Origin: Takakia lepidozioides
Taxonomy: Eukaryota; Plantae; Bryophyta
DNA length: 64,000 nucleotides
NCBI GenBank assembly: GCA_030704615.1
Contig: CM060733.1
Location: forward strand, 35,030,001-35,094,000
Direction of reading: 5' to 3'
Shown: positions 62,483-64,000 of the stretch, piece after piece
Layout: every line of letters begins with the position of its first letter
How positions within the stretch are numbered: the first letter of the stretch is position 1
The notes under the pieces: model-generated
Told to the model about the DNA's origin: nothing
Database searches by the model: none
What the model saw: the letters and a program-made list of their open reading frames with translations, nothing else
Program-made: the position numbers and the translations under genes

Positions 62483-64000
62483 GTTCTTGCACTTCACGGG
62501 AGTGTACTAAATTATTACACCTGTATGTTGGAAGTAGATGCTTTGCTTAGGTTGCTTTGTTTCTTTGTTACCCCAAGTTTTTGGCGGGTTTTACAGAGAT
62601 ATTTGAGTCACCAGTGATTGTACAGTAAAATGTATTTTCCCTTCTCCCATGGTGGGTAACTTTGTATGTAATTTCAGTCTTCCATAAAAGCTTAACAGAA
62701 GAGGTGTGAAGAGAAAAAGTTGATGCAAGTTTTCAAGGGTATAGCAATGTCTTCGAGTCTCAGCCATGATCAAATTTACCTTGTGTAGGATTGACAGCTA
62801 GTTCATGATCCTCTTCAGGTGTTGCTAAGGCAATTGGGCGAGAGAGGGTTGCAAAACATGGGTTAATGTACATGTTTCATAACGTAGGTTGCACATGCTT
62901 GATCATGCAACACAACAAATGGCAGTCCACTATTGTGTAGGGATGCCAGGTAGCAGTGGATCCATTGGGATACTTTTTTAGTTTGAACTTTGCGCAAGCT
63001 GCTATATACATCAACAGTCAATCACTGGGAGCCTATCAGGAGGCTTAGTTCTTTCCTTTCTTCTTTTCCTCAGCTTTTACTGTGAGGTTTTCAATCTATC
63101 CGGGAGATGCACTCTTTAGAGGATTCGTTGAGTAGCTTCAGTTGCCTCCAACCACTGTTTATTTGAAAAACTCATGGTTTTAGACTTTGACTCCTTGCTG
63201 CTTTGCAAAATATTGATTGGTCTGCTGGATTTCACTAAGCTCCGGGGAAGGATTGAAGATGACTTTTTGCAATCATGAATAGAGAAATGTGATGTAGAGG
63301 CTACTGTATTCAAACAAAGAAAAACCTGAGGGGTAAACCTCAATTCGAGCCCGGGTTGTAAGTGTGAGGCCAAAAAACGGGGAAACCATGCTGTGCAAGC
63401 TTTGATGATAAGTTCCATAAGGGTATATTAACAATCCACCCAATGACAAGGTGAGGTGTACACCTCAAATCTGACCCTGCCAGTCATCAAGGCCAAAACT
63501 GTGAAAACCAAAGGCGCTTTGGCATGCCGGTGGAAAGCCTACAAATCCAACCATGGTACATATAAAAAATGATGCTAACCTCCAAATGTACACGACGGTA
63601 CTCTCCTAGGTAGCCCTGCTGTTCCCTTACTTCCTGCAAGCTCTCAGAAACCGGATGTGTATGGAGTTGCGATGTGACCACTTCAAATCTCATCCTTCAT
63701 GCTCACCTCCCAGTGTGGCACCAACAGACCCCGTCTTTCCAGACACAGTGTAAAGTGAAATTGAAGTGGGCTTCGTCGAGCTCAATAGTGTCAATGCAAT
63801 GGAGCGTCCACTTTTCTACCAGTTGGTGGTAGATGAATCCAAACACGTACAGATAGTAAGGAGGTGGAACGCAATTGAGGGGAGGAGTCGGAATGAGAAA
63901 TTCCTCGCAACGCCTCTACGTCCGCGGCCTACCTCCCGAAATATTTGAGGCCTGAATCTGCACAGGTAGCGGCCTTCCTGTCCCAGATCCACCACAACTG

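Noticed and set aside
63100-64000. Possible further LINE relic near the right edge
   Set aside because: The translations lack convincing conserved motifs.

Overview
This is eukaryotic land-plant nuclear DNA. The multi-exon genes and moss-like PLS-DYW PPR genes suggest a bryophyte or other non-seed plant, but the species cannot be determined from the window. Genes: an mRNA cap guanine-N7 methyltransferase 2-like gene (minus strand, 10 exons, runs off the left edge); a frameshifted PLS-DYW PPR pseudogene converging on an intact 26-repeat PLS-E-DYW editing factor; an At2g24230-type LRR receptor kinase; CSN5; a CPR5-like gene; and a P-class PPR gene. The block at ~28-47 kb is a nest of transposons. 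The most unusual object is a ~4-kb integrase-only element (28091-42649 including two later insertions). It has TGTAAAGCC...GGCTTCACA termini, a 4-bp TGCA target duplication, ~450-bp direct repeats, a tRNA-Ala-type PBS and a PPT. The direct repeat is circularly permuted (A1-PBS...PPT-B1-GA-A2-B2), so the integrase att ends sit as an internal circle-junction palindrome. This suggests a retroelement that integrates from a circular intermediate, or an intermediate between LTR retrotransposons and Ginger transposons. A full-length decayed chromovirus and a truncated gag-bearing element are nested inside it, and it sits in an RLE-type LINE relic. All family assignments rest on motif recognition and manual translation; no database searches were run.
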